The notes: generated by a model not told the origin, from the sequence alone. Shown: positions 21,734 through 36,759, counted from the stretch's first letter. The stretch: 64,000 nt of DNA from Ophelia neglecta (GCA_965285935.1 OZ260662.1:17980001-18044000); one strand, 5' to 3'. Translations and numbers: made by a program.

Positions 21734-23449
21734 GGGAGCGTTCATTATTTATGGCCGGGGGGTGGTAAATTTTTGAAATGAGTACGTCAAAAAAAAATTG
21801 CCCCCCCCCCCTGGAAATAGGTGGGAAAAAAATTGCCCCCCCCCTCAGAAATAGGTGGAAAAAAATTGCCTTAACAAATTACACTGGTACGGATACTATG
21901 CTATGTACTAGGAGAAAATACACACTAATAAAATATTATTGGCCTTTCTACATATACTGTCCCATGTATTTAGTGCATTTGTCAATGACATGTATTTTAC
22001 AAATTTAGTATTACTTTTTAGAAAAATGAGATTGTCAGACAAAGTTTTTGTCTTACAATCTGCACCTTTAGTGGCAGAAAACATTGTATGTGCCTTGTAT
22101 CTTCCTGTTGTATTGTCTGGATGTTTAAGTGACTAGCCACAACAGATACTGCCATGGTTTCACCTGAGGACTAAAAATTCAGCTAATGTGTACTGTTTGT
22201 CTTGGGGGTTGAACACTGATTATGATGAGATGGCTCAGCCCTAAATACACCTTCAAGAACATGGTCACTCATCAAATTTAGCCAATCACCACACCTCTAC
22301 CGGTATTAAGGATGCACAAAAGTGCCATATATATGTGTGAAAATCAACATTCAAGTCCAATTCACTGGTCTCCACTTTGCACCAATTAATTGAAATTGAA
22401 CCTGTGACCAAGGAGACAGAAGCACTTGGTAAAGCTTATAACTGATCTTGTCAATGCGACCAGGGTACAAGGCATCTGTCTTTCAACACTCTCCTTCCCT
22501 TATTCCTAGACTTAAGACAAATGATTCTATTTAATTTCATACTATCAACCATTGTCTCACCTGATCATTTGATTAGTCAGCTACATATCATATTGTCAGA
22601 CAATATCAGTCATTGTCTCACCTCAATCCAGACATCACACTGATCAATGGGACTTTCAAAACTACCAAACTAACAAAGCAGTCTCAACTATCTGTTTTAG
22701 GTTTCAGCTAGCATGGCACTTAAGTAAGATGTGGAAATTTTAAGATCAGTTAATTCAATTAATTAACTTTTTCTTAAAAAGGGTTCTAAGGGGAAAGTTA
22801 TATATAAATATTTATCATTGTAATCACAAATGTATTTAGGAATATGAATACATTAATTTTGAAATGTATTCGAATACGAATTTATATTGGCTTTTTCAGA
22901 ATGTATTCGAATACGAATAAAAATACAGCATTTTTGTATTCGAATACATTTAAATACGAATACGAATACTGAATACGAATACTCCATGTCTGGATTAAAC
23001 AGGACTGCATGGCTTATAAACAATGTGCACATTTATAAATACGAAATAAATCATTCTCTACCTTATGACTTGTTCAGAATTCGGAGTCATGAGTTTGATG
23101 TATCTTTTCATGCCAAAAGAGTTGTATCTACCTGCTATTCATGTGTCAGTACTGTTACTATACAGTATTATTATGTATAAATTCTAGAATTTGTCTAAGT
23201 ATGATCATTTGCATTAGCAGTTTCACTACACACTTTTGTACAATATATATTTCTATAAAATAGCTACACAAAAGAGTCAATAAGAAATACGTGATAAAAC
23301 GCTTCACCTGTAAAAAGGGTTAAAAAAATTGCGCACCCTGTGAATAGGTTAAAAAAAAAGTGTCCCCCCATGGAAATGGGTTGAAAAAAAACCGTCCCCC
23401 CCCCCAAATTTACCAACCCCCCCCCCGGCCATAAATAATGAACGCTCCC
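21734..23449. mobile_element. Non-autonomous PIF/Harbinger-like transposon (1.7 kb)
   Basis: 29-bp perfect TIR GGGAGCGTTCATTATTTATGGCCGGGGGG, extending to TGGTAAATTT. TTA target duplication at 21731-21733 and 23450-23452. Three subterminal AAAAAATTGCCCCCC..GAAATAGGT-type repeats near each end. No transposase ORF. Confidence 0.9.
22835..22992. mobile_element. Nested terminal fragment of another DNA transposon with GAATAC repeats
   Basis: A cluster of GAATAC/GTATTC units ending ...GAATACTCCATGTCTG (CAG terminus on the reverse strand). No partner TIR found. Confidence 0.45.
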
Positions 23450-26400
23450 TTAGTGTATATAGCTAGGTTCGAAATATTGACTGCACTAGTATTGTACCTA
23501 GCCCTCAGTAATATAACTAGATCGAACTAGGGGTGATAAAATTTATTATATATAATATGTATTTTTGTATTTCCATACTCACTGACGTGCTCAATGCTGA
23601 CAGAACCGTCCGATCCCCCGGACCTGGTCCCCCCAGCGCCTCCGAATCCGCCCCTGTCTCTGTTTCTGTCGCCCCCTCCTCGGTTCTTGTTCACCCGCAC
23701 CTTCGCCCCTACAAAACAAGACACGTTTATTTGAAAGGATGGAAATGTGTAACATATTGCTTTGGAAGTAATGGGACAGTTGTCAGACTTGTTACTTCTT
23801 ATGAAATCTGACAAATGAACAGAGGTTTGTTTGAATTAGACAAGGTAACATATTAAACAGTGAAGGCTGGTAAGCAGTTAGAGGCCTGGACATGCGCAGT
23901 ATTTGTACCAATTTAGATCAAGATTTAATCTAGATTCTCATCCTCGGTATGTTCGCTGCGCTTCGTTATTCTGTTAGACAGCATGATATTGACCTAGAAT
24001 GAGTCTACCTATTCTAATAAAAACATTGACATTAATCATATATGACAAACATGTTTGGCTGTAATTCACCGGACAGTTTCCAGCGCTGTCAAACTTAATA
24101 TATATTACTGCGCGTCTGTTTGGGTCAATCATATTTTAACTATACGTGTGGAAGCTAAGGCCTCCTGCAGTAAATAAACTACACGTTCAGCATCATAATT
24201 CTGTAACACATTAATATATAAATGTGACGGTGTTTACTGAGGCGTAATTTTTCATTCTTTAAATTTTGTTTTAGTATTCGGTTTCAAACATGAAACATAT
24301 CATAATGTATTTCTTTTTTTCGTATACTGTGTGTTTTAATTCATTGATGTTTGAATACATTAGGTTAAAAGCACTCTTCGTCACCAAAGGTAATAAATAT
24401 CATAATTATACATTAACTATTCTCGGAAAGAAACTTGTATTTTTCAATATTTTTTCTTTTGTCCAAGCTTTATTCAATTGTTAGAACCAATGTATCTTAC
24501 TTATAGTTGACCGGTATACATTTAGTATTTATATTATGCGTACGATGACGACTACTAGTTTGATAACTGTTGGATTGTGTATCGTCAATTAATAGTAGAC
24601 ATAAAGGGAGGGAGGGTGGAGGAGGGGGGGGGGGTACCCGACCCCCGGCGCCTCCCATATAGCATATGAGGATAATAATGATAATTATGCCAAATCAGCT
24701 AAGTTATGGCATTTCACTCTTAACTTTCCAGGGATTGGTCAGAACTAACTTAAGCAAATTTGGTCAATTACATTTAAGTTTTCGCCTTTAATACTAAACA
24801 CCAATAGCAATAAATTAAACTGGGTTTTTAGCTTCCAATGTAGGTCCTACAATGCTTTAAAGGCTTTCGCATGTCAATATGGCTATTGGCGACAATAAAT
24901 AAACGAGGTTTCGCGGATCACGTGGATACTGTCAGGTGTAGCCGTACTGCTAATGCGACTGTCTCTACCAGGCGCGAGCGGAGAAACATTTTTCGCCAGA
25001 AACAAATTGAATATCTGAACTTACACTTAAATGGACGAGAGATAACCATAATGGTAAAATTGCATGCTCCCTCAAGACCGTGTTTAACAGTTTGTGAGAG
25101 TTATTAATTAAACTGTGAAATGGAAGTTCTCCCTTTACTGATTACGCTGAATTTAACGTTTCCAGGCAATCACTTCACGGGCTAGTACTTGATCAGGGTA
25201 ACTAATTGCCAATGCCCAATCACGTTTCTGCGGGATTACAAAGACGGGTTCCGGAATCAACACAGCGAAAACGCCTCGCTGAGCAGACTGCCAACCAAGT
25301 GGACACTGTTCAAAACGAAACGGACGGTCCATGGTGCACTCTCATTGCAGACGCACGGGTCACGTGGTCTAACAATACCATAAAACAAAACACTCAGTTG
25401 GGCTTTTTGTATTGACAATAAAACCTGTAATTTAAGTAGCGGGATTGATTTTCTGCCAATAAAATAGCAATTTATTTAATTAAATCAATTTACAAGGCAG
25501 ATGCGTGGCCTGATACCTCCGATATTGCTCTCGCTGTTGTAACACATGGACAGTTTTATTGGTGTGATTTGATTTGCGACAGAAACCCAACACTTCTGCC
25601 ACTGTAAAGAGTAGCGCGTGGCCAGTTTTCAATTGCTGGGACCAGACTCAGGAAAATTGCTTTGGCTAATATATAGTTTATCTCTGGATCAGAACATATC
25701 GGAAACACTCAAGGTCAGAGGGAGGCGAGCCCAAAGGCTCGGATATGTGTTATCTTCATTACTCATAGGCAGAGCTATTTCGTCGACGAGGGATGTTTTC
25801 TATCAGATAAATGGCACGGGACTCAATCGGTGCCAGGAAGTTCCGTTGAGGGACACCCATAAATTTGTGTCTGTGTGTGTGTGGGGGGGGGGGGATGGGG
25901 TAAAAAATGTTGACAACTAATGTATTTTTTCTCGGACCAGCTTCTTTTATAGGCAAGCATACATAGGGAAGCATGCATGGACCTGAGATACCAAGTTTTC
26001 TCTCTCTCCGTAAATGATCACCTAATTTTTATTTCCTAAAATTTCATAGCGACAGGACTTAGAAGAATAACAGCGGAGAATGTACTTTATAAGCAAATGG
26101 CGGAACTACAGTGACGTCCAATGGATGAGGCAAAAGTTTTCGCCAGCCGGCTTTACCAATTATTACGAAGTCTGCGTAACTACTAACAAGACCACTGGCG
26201 TAGCATCCCTCCCCAAATTTTGCGAATGGGATGTCCCTAAGTAGCCTAACACCGCGACGGCTGTTTCTCTTTCCAGTAAGAGGTCCGCGGTCTGTATACT
26301 GGCTCAGTCCGCACATTGTGACTGCATATCTACCCTACACTGTACATATCAGTCTTGGTATATGAGTGGAAGATTCTGATAAAAAACTTGGATTGAAAAA

Positions 26401-28931
26401 TGCATAGATCAAATCTGCTTTACTCGAACCATTTATTTTTATGCATTTCTCGCGATACGTCACCGTAACGTTACTATTGCACTTATGAATGTGCATGCCA
26501 AATTTCATGCTTGTATCACCATTTGCACGATTTTTCTATTATCCGCTCTACTAACTGGACAAGAAAACCTTTGAGCTCTTTACCTACTTTCATTTCCTTT
26601 GTATTCTATATACTAACTAGTTAATCCAAGTCTATTAAACATGGAAACGTTTTGACAGTGTATGTTTTACCCAATTTTCCCCGATTGTCGCTCAAAGTGG
26701 TAATACATGTAGATAGCCTCCGTTGAACCTGAGTGCTGAGAAGGACCCCGTGCCACCAAACACCCAGTCAAGAGCTGGCCTGAATACAAAACATCCCTGA
26801 ATGAGCAGACATTTGATTCATGGCTCTTCAAGCCGCGCTTTGTCAATAAAAGGACCCGTCGGGAAGCAGTAACAAATCATGTTCTGTCTTATAATAGTCT
26901 CTAGAGTATCATGTGAAGCTTTAAACAGCTGTCTTGACATGTGTTATTGTTGTCATAAAGGAAGCTCCAATAAGCTGTAGTGTGATGGCGTGCTGAGTGA
27001 GAAATACTGCCAAATCGCTCAGAATAAGGCAATACGTCAGTGTCCCATGGGTCCGGGATGACACGTGATAAGGGGCGAGAAGACGGACGAGATATCCTTT
27101 GTCATTTCACCGGTAAATAAAGACCGGCAGGTGGAACCCACAATGGATTTGTTTCCATTTCGGCTGAGGTCAAGAGCTTTTAAAGGCTCTAGCAGAAGCA
27201 GGGGCAAGTTGAAGAGCATACAAATGATGCTCTTCTACATATAAGCTTATAAGCATAGTTCCGGAACACTTACAGCATCCAAATTCTTGAGTGCAGTCAG
27301 GTCTAAACTAAACGTATTACATGTAACAGGCGAGTACGGCAGACATGTGATTCACAATGAGAACACCCAGTTTCACAAATCTGATTTAAAGCAATTTTAA
27401 TTCTGGCATTCTGATAAAATCTTGAAATGAATTATATCTTATTACTACTTTTAATTTACTGTTGATTCTGACAAAGTATCATTAAAATAAGTTAGCAGGC
27501 GCATTACATAGGAATACAGTAAATGCTTAATTAGCTCAGAAAAGAACAAGAATTTGGCTTGAAATACTCGTGTCAGATGTACTAATGGTTATTTATAAAC
27601 ACATCACATACGTTATGTATAAAAGCTTTATCTAAATGTTGATTAAAAATAATTTTTTGCTATCTGCTGTTTACTGTTGCAATCAACTGGTAGATGGTCG
27701 TCGCAAGACCTGATGCTTTCCAGGAAAGGTCTTTCATCATGTTTTCTACTGAAAAAGTATAACGTTACTGACAGATTTCATATCGACTTGCAATCTATAT
27801 AATTATTCTATATGTCGAGTGCCCTAATATAGTGTTATGGCAGTTAGGTGTGGGGTTTGGAGCAGGGTTCTCACATATAACGAGTTCACCTAAAGTATCT
27901 AAAAGAAACGGCTAACCTAAAGAAACCTACAAAGAGTGAAATTATATATATACGAATGCCACAGAGACCCAATGATATATGTAAGATACAGTCGCATCCT
28001 TGTTTTTAGATAAAATTAGCAACGGACGTATCCATGGCTTAAGTAGTAAGGTGTTTTGGGAATGTATCAGAAACAACTATAAGGTAAGATGGCATGACAA
28101 AGTAAAATATTTGTTGCATCATATGGCTTAAGTACTGCATGGGACAGCAACGGATCGGAAACTTTAATATGTTTTTATCTGATGTTAAAACCAGGCTGTT
28201 ACAGGATTCAAGAGACAGCATGTTCCTTAAAATTATCACAGCTAGAAATGTATAACATACAGCTTAGATTGTACAATCAAAAGTGAACACGAACGACATA
28301 CATCGTAGATCGGGGTTGTCAGATACCAATGCCTTAACCAATCACCAGATGTTTAGCACGTGACCACCGGTTACGTATTGAGACAGGCAGCTGGACGGAA
28401 CCGAGGCTGCCGGCAGACGACAGAGTTTGTCTGGAGTGCAATGAGATTGAAGACGAGCGGCACATGCATGGTTCTAGTTTGCCCGCTTTATTCTACTCTT
28501 CGTGACCATTATATCGACCGACTTTTAATAAACTACTCTGGACTGTTTTTGAAGCAGAGTGTGTAAAATTATTATAAATTTTGGGAACAGCCAAGACACG
28601 GTCATGAATGATAAGCACAATGCCTCATGCTTATATATGGTAATTACAATTGACTTTTTATTCACACGACTTTACTGCTACCATATATATAAGTCACATT
28701 CGTAAAATGTGTGCAGACACATGTGGGAGTCCCCGGTCTTGTATCCCTGGTATTTTAAACCCGGCGTTCTGGCAAATTCTAGTTTTTATTACGTCCAACG
28801 GCCTCAACATCCAGGTTTAGTTCGTCCTTGGGGTCTTTATACGTAAGGGTTTCGAGTCAGGTGGATTTAACAGCCGAGGACCAAATATTATTCTGCCCCG
28901 GCCACTGTGCCCTCTCTTAAAGCGATGTTTC

Positions 28932-28990
28932 TGGCAAGAAGCGGCCGAGCTTTGAACTTTGTGGCAAGTAGCGGCCGAGCTTTGAACTTT
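28932..28990 (+). repeat. 30-bp tandem duplication
   Basis: TGGCAAG(A/T)AGCGGCCGAGCTTTGAACTTT x2. Confidence 0.9.
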
Positions 28991-31017
28991 ACAAAGGGAG
29001 CGATATGGCTGCGTGGCGGGGCTATAGAGTTTCTGACGGGTAGGAATCAGCTATGGCATGGACGATGACGGATGGCAGTGTTTTCAGGGAGCAGGGGGGA
29101 CCCGGGAGGGGGGGGGGGGGGTATGGGATAGCTGGTCTTACCAAGGGGGAGGGAGGCATGTCCATACAAGCATCCAACTGGAGGGGTACCTACATCTTGC
29201 CCTTGGGATTCACACCAGGACCTGGTGCAGAATTAAAAGTATGGACCTCAACCTCCCAGACGCCCGCCGGCTGTGTATCCCTATCCCTGGCCGTTTTTCA
29301 CCACCATACACTTCAGCAGATACATCTCTTGGCGCGGTTTGCATAGACAATCAATTACAACACCCCGTTGCTTAAATAAATGTCTCTCCTTGTCAATGAA
29401 TAATGCACGAAGGCCTCTTTATTTATATCTGTTTTTTTTCGGGTGCGTACATCGCTCAATCATTGCAACTAGAGAGCCGAGGTATATTAATAACAACGGA
29501 TTATTCTGTAGATATACAGTCAGCCCACGTCCCCATTAATCCAAAAAAGTGAACTCAACCTTTACCTTAATGAAATTGACAAATGAATAATGATATAATA
29601 TTTTCGAAGTGAACAATGTCGTACCTTGTATTGAAAACAGGCAATTAGTGAAATAACCTTTAAGCTCGTTTTTCGATAAAATGCCGAAAAAGCATGTCGG
29701 TGTGCAACAGGACAAAACATATCTTTTTGGAGATGTCTGGCAATATTTTTGTTTCATTTCCACTAGAAAATAAGTGACAACTCCACTGTCCCTATCCTAT
29801 CCCTATCCTAACACCTTAATAAATCTTATGGGTTGTTCCTTTCAAAACAACTATAACACAGGTTGCTAGGAAGTTTAATGGTCATGGTGAGGCGGAATAC
29901 AGTGATCTGTTATATTACAGGGGTCAATGCCAAACTTGTTAGGTCGTGCTGACAGAGATAAAGTTATGTGCTTTCAGCTCTCTTCCGGAGCGTGTTGTCC
30001 CTTGGGTCTACATCAAGTATCGACTCCGACAAAATTGCAGGAAAAAAACGATGGGTAGATAGACTAATTTAGCGTCTAATTATCCAGACAAATGGCAACC
30101 CAGTGTAGCAGGGCAACAAGCTCTCTTAGCCCGACCCCACAGGGTGTGACCTTGACTTCTGTATGCCAGTGGTAGCGTATACAACATGAAATGTACAACA
30201 CACTAAGGATGCTTTCCTTTTAGAGTTAAATTAATAACAAACTATGTGCTGTGTAAGTCTATGTTTCTTGGCCTACCGACTTCTAAGGCTACGGGTTAAT
30301 CATCGGCCTCGATTCTGTAAATTTAACGGTCGGATAATTGGGTTGGGCCCTGGCTTTGCTAGTATTAAACCTGGTCAAACCACCGGAATTACAGGATTCC
30401 TAAAACATTGCCATTTTATCGAATTGCTGGCTTAATACTGTATGCTGGCAATTTCCACTAAGCCGTTGACCGCAAATCACAATTTAGCATCTCGACCCGG
30501 AGGGAGATGGCGGCAACGCAACTGAAACAGTTTAGCTTTTCTCATCAGAAACTTAATCTCGGTGGGGCGGGTCTTTCCTTTAAAAGTGACACAAGCGCAT
30601 GACGAAGTTTTCTTTTATTTCGCAAAGGTCCCCGAAGTAGTCTACAGGCGATAGCATGCGTTAAATGTGTAGCATTATCAAAATCATTAAATATCATTTC
30701 AAACTCCGCTCCTTGTGCGTCCAGCACTGGTGGCATTACGTTCGGCTCTTGCGGTCTCCCTGCTGACTAGTTCTTTCAGCCTTGGACAACAATATTGGTT
30801 ATGTCTTATCGGCGAAAAACAAATCACTGCTGTGCCGCGTAGCCAGGGGCATTAAGAGGAAAAAGGGAATAATAATATAGCGCAAAGGCATTATTGAAAA
30901 ATCAAATCTGATGTGAGTATATCCCCTACTATTCAAAGCACACCGTAATATCTGGCATTGTACTCCCCTATCCGCCATTAATACGCTAGTATATTTAAGC
31001 GCCAGAGGTTTTGAGGA

Positions 31018-31122
31018 GGCCCTTGTGTGATTCATAATATACATGGATAAGAATATGTTTTCATTTGCTTGGCCCTTGTGTGATTCATAATAAACATGGT
31101 TGAGAATATGTTCTCATTAGCT
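31018..31122 (+). repeat. 53-bp tandem duplication
   Basis: GGCCCTTGTGTGATTCATAATA.ACATGG.T.AGAATATGTT.TCATT.GCT x2. Confidence 0.9.
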
Positions 31123-31305
31123 CGTTTTTTGTATCTTTGCCAAATACTGTTAAATATTTAAGAAGAAAATATATCTCCTAATATGTCAAAGACACAAATC
31201 AAGCGAAGCGGATCTATGGTCCGGGATTGGATATGCGTTGTAAAGCTAAAGAAGGAAAACCTTCTCACTGCGTAATCGTTGACAGAAACTTCTGTTATTC
31301 ATATA

Positions 31306-31483
31306 CAGTGAAACCTGTGAATTAAGACCACCAAAGGGACTGAAAAATATTGGTCTGATTTCAAAGGTGGTCTGTTTAGACAGGTTATTTAACATTGAAC
31401 GTATACATCATTGTCCTCATAGTAGTTGTCTGAATTGACAAGTGGTCTGATGATTGAGGTGGTCTTTAACGCAGGTTTCACTT
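31306..31483. mobile_element. Tc1/mariner-type MITE, single-unit copy of the 17445 family
   Basis: TA|CAGTGAAACCTGTGAATTAAGACCAC ... GCAGGTTTCACTT|TA, 178 bp, colinear with 17445-17665. Confidence 0.9.
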
Positions 31484-34400
31484 TACTATGTAAAGCAATT
31501 AAGAGTTTACGTCAAATAGCAGAACTTCTATTATCCGTTTTACATGTAACGTGTTACAGCTTTGAAAGTTTAGTTTCGGGCGCTATTCAGTTCCGTATGA
31601 CAGAAAATATGGTTAGAATTTTCTACGAAAAGCCTCCGCCACGATACATGTATGTGCAATACTGCGGTAATTATACGCGCGGATTATTTAATTATGCGTG
31701 TAAATTACGGGTCAAGCATCGCAAAATTACGCTAAGCAATTTGAGTATCAGCAAGGCAGCCGGTCGTTTTCACATCACCACTATATCGCTCCGCCCTGAA
31801 CCCGGTCACTTTACTCCCGCCGGATACCGTAACATGTGCCTGGACTACTTTCGACCAATTATACTCACGTGCGATCGTAATATCATTCTTTCATATTACA
31901 TGGCAGTATGAATACATCGACTGTTCTTTGGCTAGGCTGATAACGGAGGTATTGAAATATCAGCTGCTTTCACATTTACATAATGAAGTCCCCCTTTCGG
32001 CACGCTATATGTCAAAGAGGCTGACTTCACATCGTCGCTCAATTGACATCAATAATGAGGCACGTCCAACGGGCGGCTTTAACACTGAATTCGACTTGGG
32101 TGTTGTCAGGTATAGCGTGAGTGGCTGAGTAATATGTGCCTTCAAAATCACCTCAAAATGCCAATAATATCTGCTAGAAACATGAAGCGCGATGCATATT
32201 TTATACTGGTTTGACACGGCTCCTTGGATTAATAGCTATAAGGACATGGTGTAGCCTGGGACCCTGTCGTGGATATGATGATAGATGGCCAGGTGCCGGC
32301 CATTAATCCGCGGTGCTCGGCGACATTCCTGGGCCAAGACAACGTCCTAGCCTGTTTATTTTTACGGCTTTGTGCCAACATCAGGCACAATGTGCTATCT
32401 TAAATCAAAGTTTGATGACGTCGGCCTGTTGACGCTTCGGGTGAAAAAACGTGTGAGCCCCAGCTATTCAGAAAGGCAATGGCAATATATTTGGTCGATA
32501 TGGAACAGCTTGCACACTTAGGGGTTTATTATATTGTACTTGACCAATGTACTTGAGCAAAAACACCCAGAAAGTCCATACGGTTTATCTTCCGCCGAAG
32601 CAGCGTACAATAAAAACGAGCTAGGTGCGCCGGTCGATTGGCCACGCAGAGCGCCTCTTGGGCACGTTCGATTACTCCGCCGTGGGTAACGAACCGGAAG
32701 TTGATCGATGTCTATATAGCAGGCGCAATGAGGCCCATGGTAGGCGATATGAACCCATCTGCAAGATGCCTGCTATAAATCAGAAAATAGTCCGGCGCAG
32801 CGGATGAATATCGTACTATTTGTGATCGATTGTCACGCATGGATGTGCCGTACAGTCCGCAAAGGATAGAAATCGAGCAAAAAGAACCCATCTGCTAGTT
32901 CCCTCTGATTAGCATAACAAAATAACAGCAAAATCGGACTATTTCACCGATGAATGGAAGAAAAAATCATAGGAAAAAAGCTATAATGGTATCCTGCAGC
33001 TTGTATGGATAAGCAGTTTGCCGTATAGCCCTTTTTGTTATCCTCAATGCAGATTTGTCACATGCTGGTGTTGGAGCGAGTGAATATCCGGTATTACCGG
33101 AGTTTAGATTGCGCTCAAACAGACAGCAATGAGCGTCTATCAATCAGATACTGACCTGAATTCATGGTCATTGCGACAATTTCCACATTCTAAAAGGAGA
33201 GATAAGCCTTTGAAGGAAAAAAAAACAAAATCCGTCGGTCGATAAAACAAGGCCAAACCGAGAATCTGTTTCACACCTCAGTGGAACTGGCATGCTTTTG
33301 AGCAGGAATCCCATTCAGGTGATTTGAAAACGCTGATACTTTTATAGCTATGCACCACACATTCCCCACATTGATGTCTTTTCTGACAGGTGCTTTTCAT
33401 AGAAACAAATGATGTATATTACCTATATTGTAAACTTGATATGCCAATTATGGTCATGAATTATTAATATAAAGCGAAGTTCCATTAAATTTCTGGAGGG
33501 GGGGGGGGGTGGTGGCGGGGTATCTGTGTTTGTTTAGCAAAACTCGAGTAAAACTATTACTAATAGTTTGTAAGACGAGGGGTATGACAATTTTCATCCC
33601 CGAGGGTGTAATTGTTTTATTAAATTTGTTAAATTTTGTTATATATTTAATTCTATTTATTTGCTCTATGATTTTTACAACTAATCCTCAGATTAGTAAC
33701 ATTTGAAATTTTGTTGTAGATATCGCGTTCATGTGTTGTTAGAAGGGTTATCCTGAATGCGGCAAATTATTTAAATATTTGTTCTGTGTTCCTCTTGAGT
33801 ACATTTGTAATTATTATGTTGTTTACAACAGGATGATTTACCAACTTAACTGCCCAGCTGGTTTTGTTCATTATCTGCGGTGTTTTGAACAAACTTCCTG
33901 ACGCTCATCAAAAAATGATTGCATTCTAGGCTTTTACAGACATCATAACTTATCGCAGCGTAAAAAAAATGAAAGCCTCATGCAATAACTTTGTTTTTCA
34001 GTGGATTTCTGCCGCTCTAGCTTCGACATTAACACTCGCAAACTGTAGACATTTGTCATTATCAAAGACCTGCCTCCGGTTGACTCAATGCTCCATAAAA
34101 CCCGATCACATCTGTCTTTGAGTACGTTTGTCTGGTGGTTGCAAGCTGCTTACAAGTGGAAAGGCTCGCAAGGCCGTAAATGAAGACATTATCGATCTTT
34201 TCAAGAAAACGGTTTTTTTCACAGACTGCTAGAATTTGAACAAATTGTGTTCATAAACGTGGTGAAGATAAGGAGCTTCGACGAATCATTGATTTGAAGA
34301 TGAATGGCATTTGAATATTATATGGATGCAACTCTAAAGACCAGACAAACCATTCAACATGAATGGGGCTGCTTTATTAAATCGATGTTGCACAAAAAGA

Positions 34401-34853
34401 AAAAATCAAATCTATTTTAGAGTTTGATTTGTCTTGATCACTGTACAAGTAGTTGTGTGCAACGATGCGTACTGTATACCAGATATTGTTCGCGAGCACA
34501 AATATTCGCGAAAGTAAAGAGCCAAAACATGTCCTGGGCCATTGACTTCAAGTATTCTGCAGTTTGTAAGAACAAGGTTAGGTAAAAAATAACTTACATT
34601 ATTCCATCCCTAGATATAAAAGTTCGTTGGGACGAAAAATCATTTCGAGGGAAATATTATTTCAATCGACAGAAATATTAGGAGGAAAATAAGTAATGTG
34701 AAATTCTTTTGACTTAGCAATGTCCTTTTCATGCCTCTGCACAGCGGCACTTTTCACTATTGGTACAGATAACATGATGCAAATAGGTTTTCCTGCCACT
34801 TCCAGCACCCGCTTCCTGTTCCACAATATTATGTGCACGGAATGTGAGATTGC

Positions 34854-35635
34854 GTTGTGCAAGATAACCCAAGAGACAATTCATTAGATATAATAAAAGA
34901 AATTGGGCAATGCTTACATATATCATTCATTTAAACTGGTTCACAGTAGTTTCTTGATTATTTTAGAAACAATTTATTTACAATAAAATGTTCAAGGATT
35001 TTTTTAAACCTCAAGTAACACCAATACATATAAAAATGCTGTACACTAATTGGATACGAGTTTGAGGACGGAACATACTTTAATAACGATTCTATATCAT
35101 GACCCAAAAAGGAGTATTATACTCAGGTCTCATAGTTGAATTGACAGCATAAACGTAATATGATTTCAATAACAAAAACAATAGGCTTTTAACGCTTTGA
35201 ATACTAATAACAGACCACATTGATCCAGTCACCCGGAAAGAAAAATTGACAGAAAAATGTGTACATTGAAGCAGGCAAACTTAAATTACAAAGGGGGTCT
35301 GGAAAGGCCCCAGGCCATTGAAAAGAGTTTTCATTTTTTCACCCGCTGATGTGAGAAGATACTACTTAGCTACCTAAAGAACTGTGACGCCCCGGACGCA
35401 ATTAGTGTCAATATTCGAGTCCATTAAAATTTGTGCATATTGCCTTATCTTTGCATAAACAACTGTCATGAGGCAAAACTATGCTATGTGCGACAGCCCA
35501 TGTTATGACCATTGTTATTACACGGTTTGTGTGCCATTGAGTTCAAGAAAGTACTGTGAACCAGTATAATGCATAGCATTACCCAATTTCTATGATAACA
35601 TCAAATAAATTGTCGCATGGGTTATCTTGCACCTC
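34854..35635. mobile_element. Foldback/non-autonomous DNA transposon with ~95-bp TIRs (Sola-like)
   Basis: 34854-34957 (GTGCAAGATAACCCA..GACAATT..AGAAATTGGG.AATGCT..ACTGGTTCACAGTA.TTTCTTGA) is the inverted copy of 35543-35635. The right terminus reads GAG on the reverse strand. The 4-bp flanks are TTGC and TTGA. Confidence 0.75.
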
Positions 35636-36759
35636 TTGATGTAAAAAAAACCAAATATCTTCTCATAATTAATGGCTATGAAATATACCTGGCCTTATTT
35701 TTGTGCCGTTTTCATTACATAAATCCTTGTATTTATCATGACATGGTATAGCACTGATTCCATCTAAGCATGTGCTTGATTTTGCCTCGTCGTAGAAGTG
35801 TTATGTCTTTAGATTACAGTTTGTTCACGAGGATCGGATTTGTAAAATTTATACTTTTGATACAATTATTAGTATAGTTAAGGTAAGTCATTCTGTGTTC
35901 TTTTCTGTCTGTTTCTTGCAATTTTCTAACTGTTGCTTTTCCGGACGGATGCGCAAGACACCTGTCCGCTGCTACCTATTCGAGGCGGCGGAGGGTCATC
36001 TCGCCTACCTGTTGGTTTTTTGGTAATCTTCAGACATGCTTTCTCATATTTCGTGGATACGTACCATGAATTTATGAACGTTTTTGGGTGATTAACTTGA
36101 AACTCTCTCAATTACATTCTAAACTCTTCGGATGATATTGAAAATCTTATTCTTGAAAACCGACCAGGTCGATACACAAATTTAAAGCTGAAATATATGC
36201 TGCAGATTTGAGTAAAACATTTAACCATAGTGAAACGGTTGATTCTAGTGTTAACTACACGTTTCTGAAGGAGGTACAGCTAAATTATTATTTAATTTAT
36301 ATTTTTAGCTGCAATGTGTAAAATATGATAAACATAAACATACAATATCAAACTAGATTACTCAAGGTGTAATTAGACCCATAACATTGAGTCATACTTT
36401 TTAGGAAGGTAAAATAAACTTTGAAAATACTATAGATTCTATTAGATTGAGAACTATCTTAGCACGTATAACACCACACTCAATCGGAATATTAACTAGC
36501 CAAACAGAAGCATTACGATTTCCGTTTTACAAAGAAATAATATTATGAATACAAAGGCAACCATAAATGATATCTTAAATAGAACAACGAGGAGAAAACT
36601 GTTTCCTGATAACTTTATGATATATGGAATTTTCGAATTGCAAATGAATTCTACAAAGGGGGCATCCAACTCACAACTTCTTTGGATCAAATATTCACTG
36701 TTTACATATATTTAATTAACCCTTGCTCACATGGTTTCCCTTTTTGCCGGTTACAAAAG

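Noticed and set aside
31426-31911. 161-aa plus-strand ORF
   Set aside because: Starts at a non-ATG codon inside a MITE, with no domain similarity or coding-like composition.
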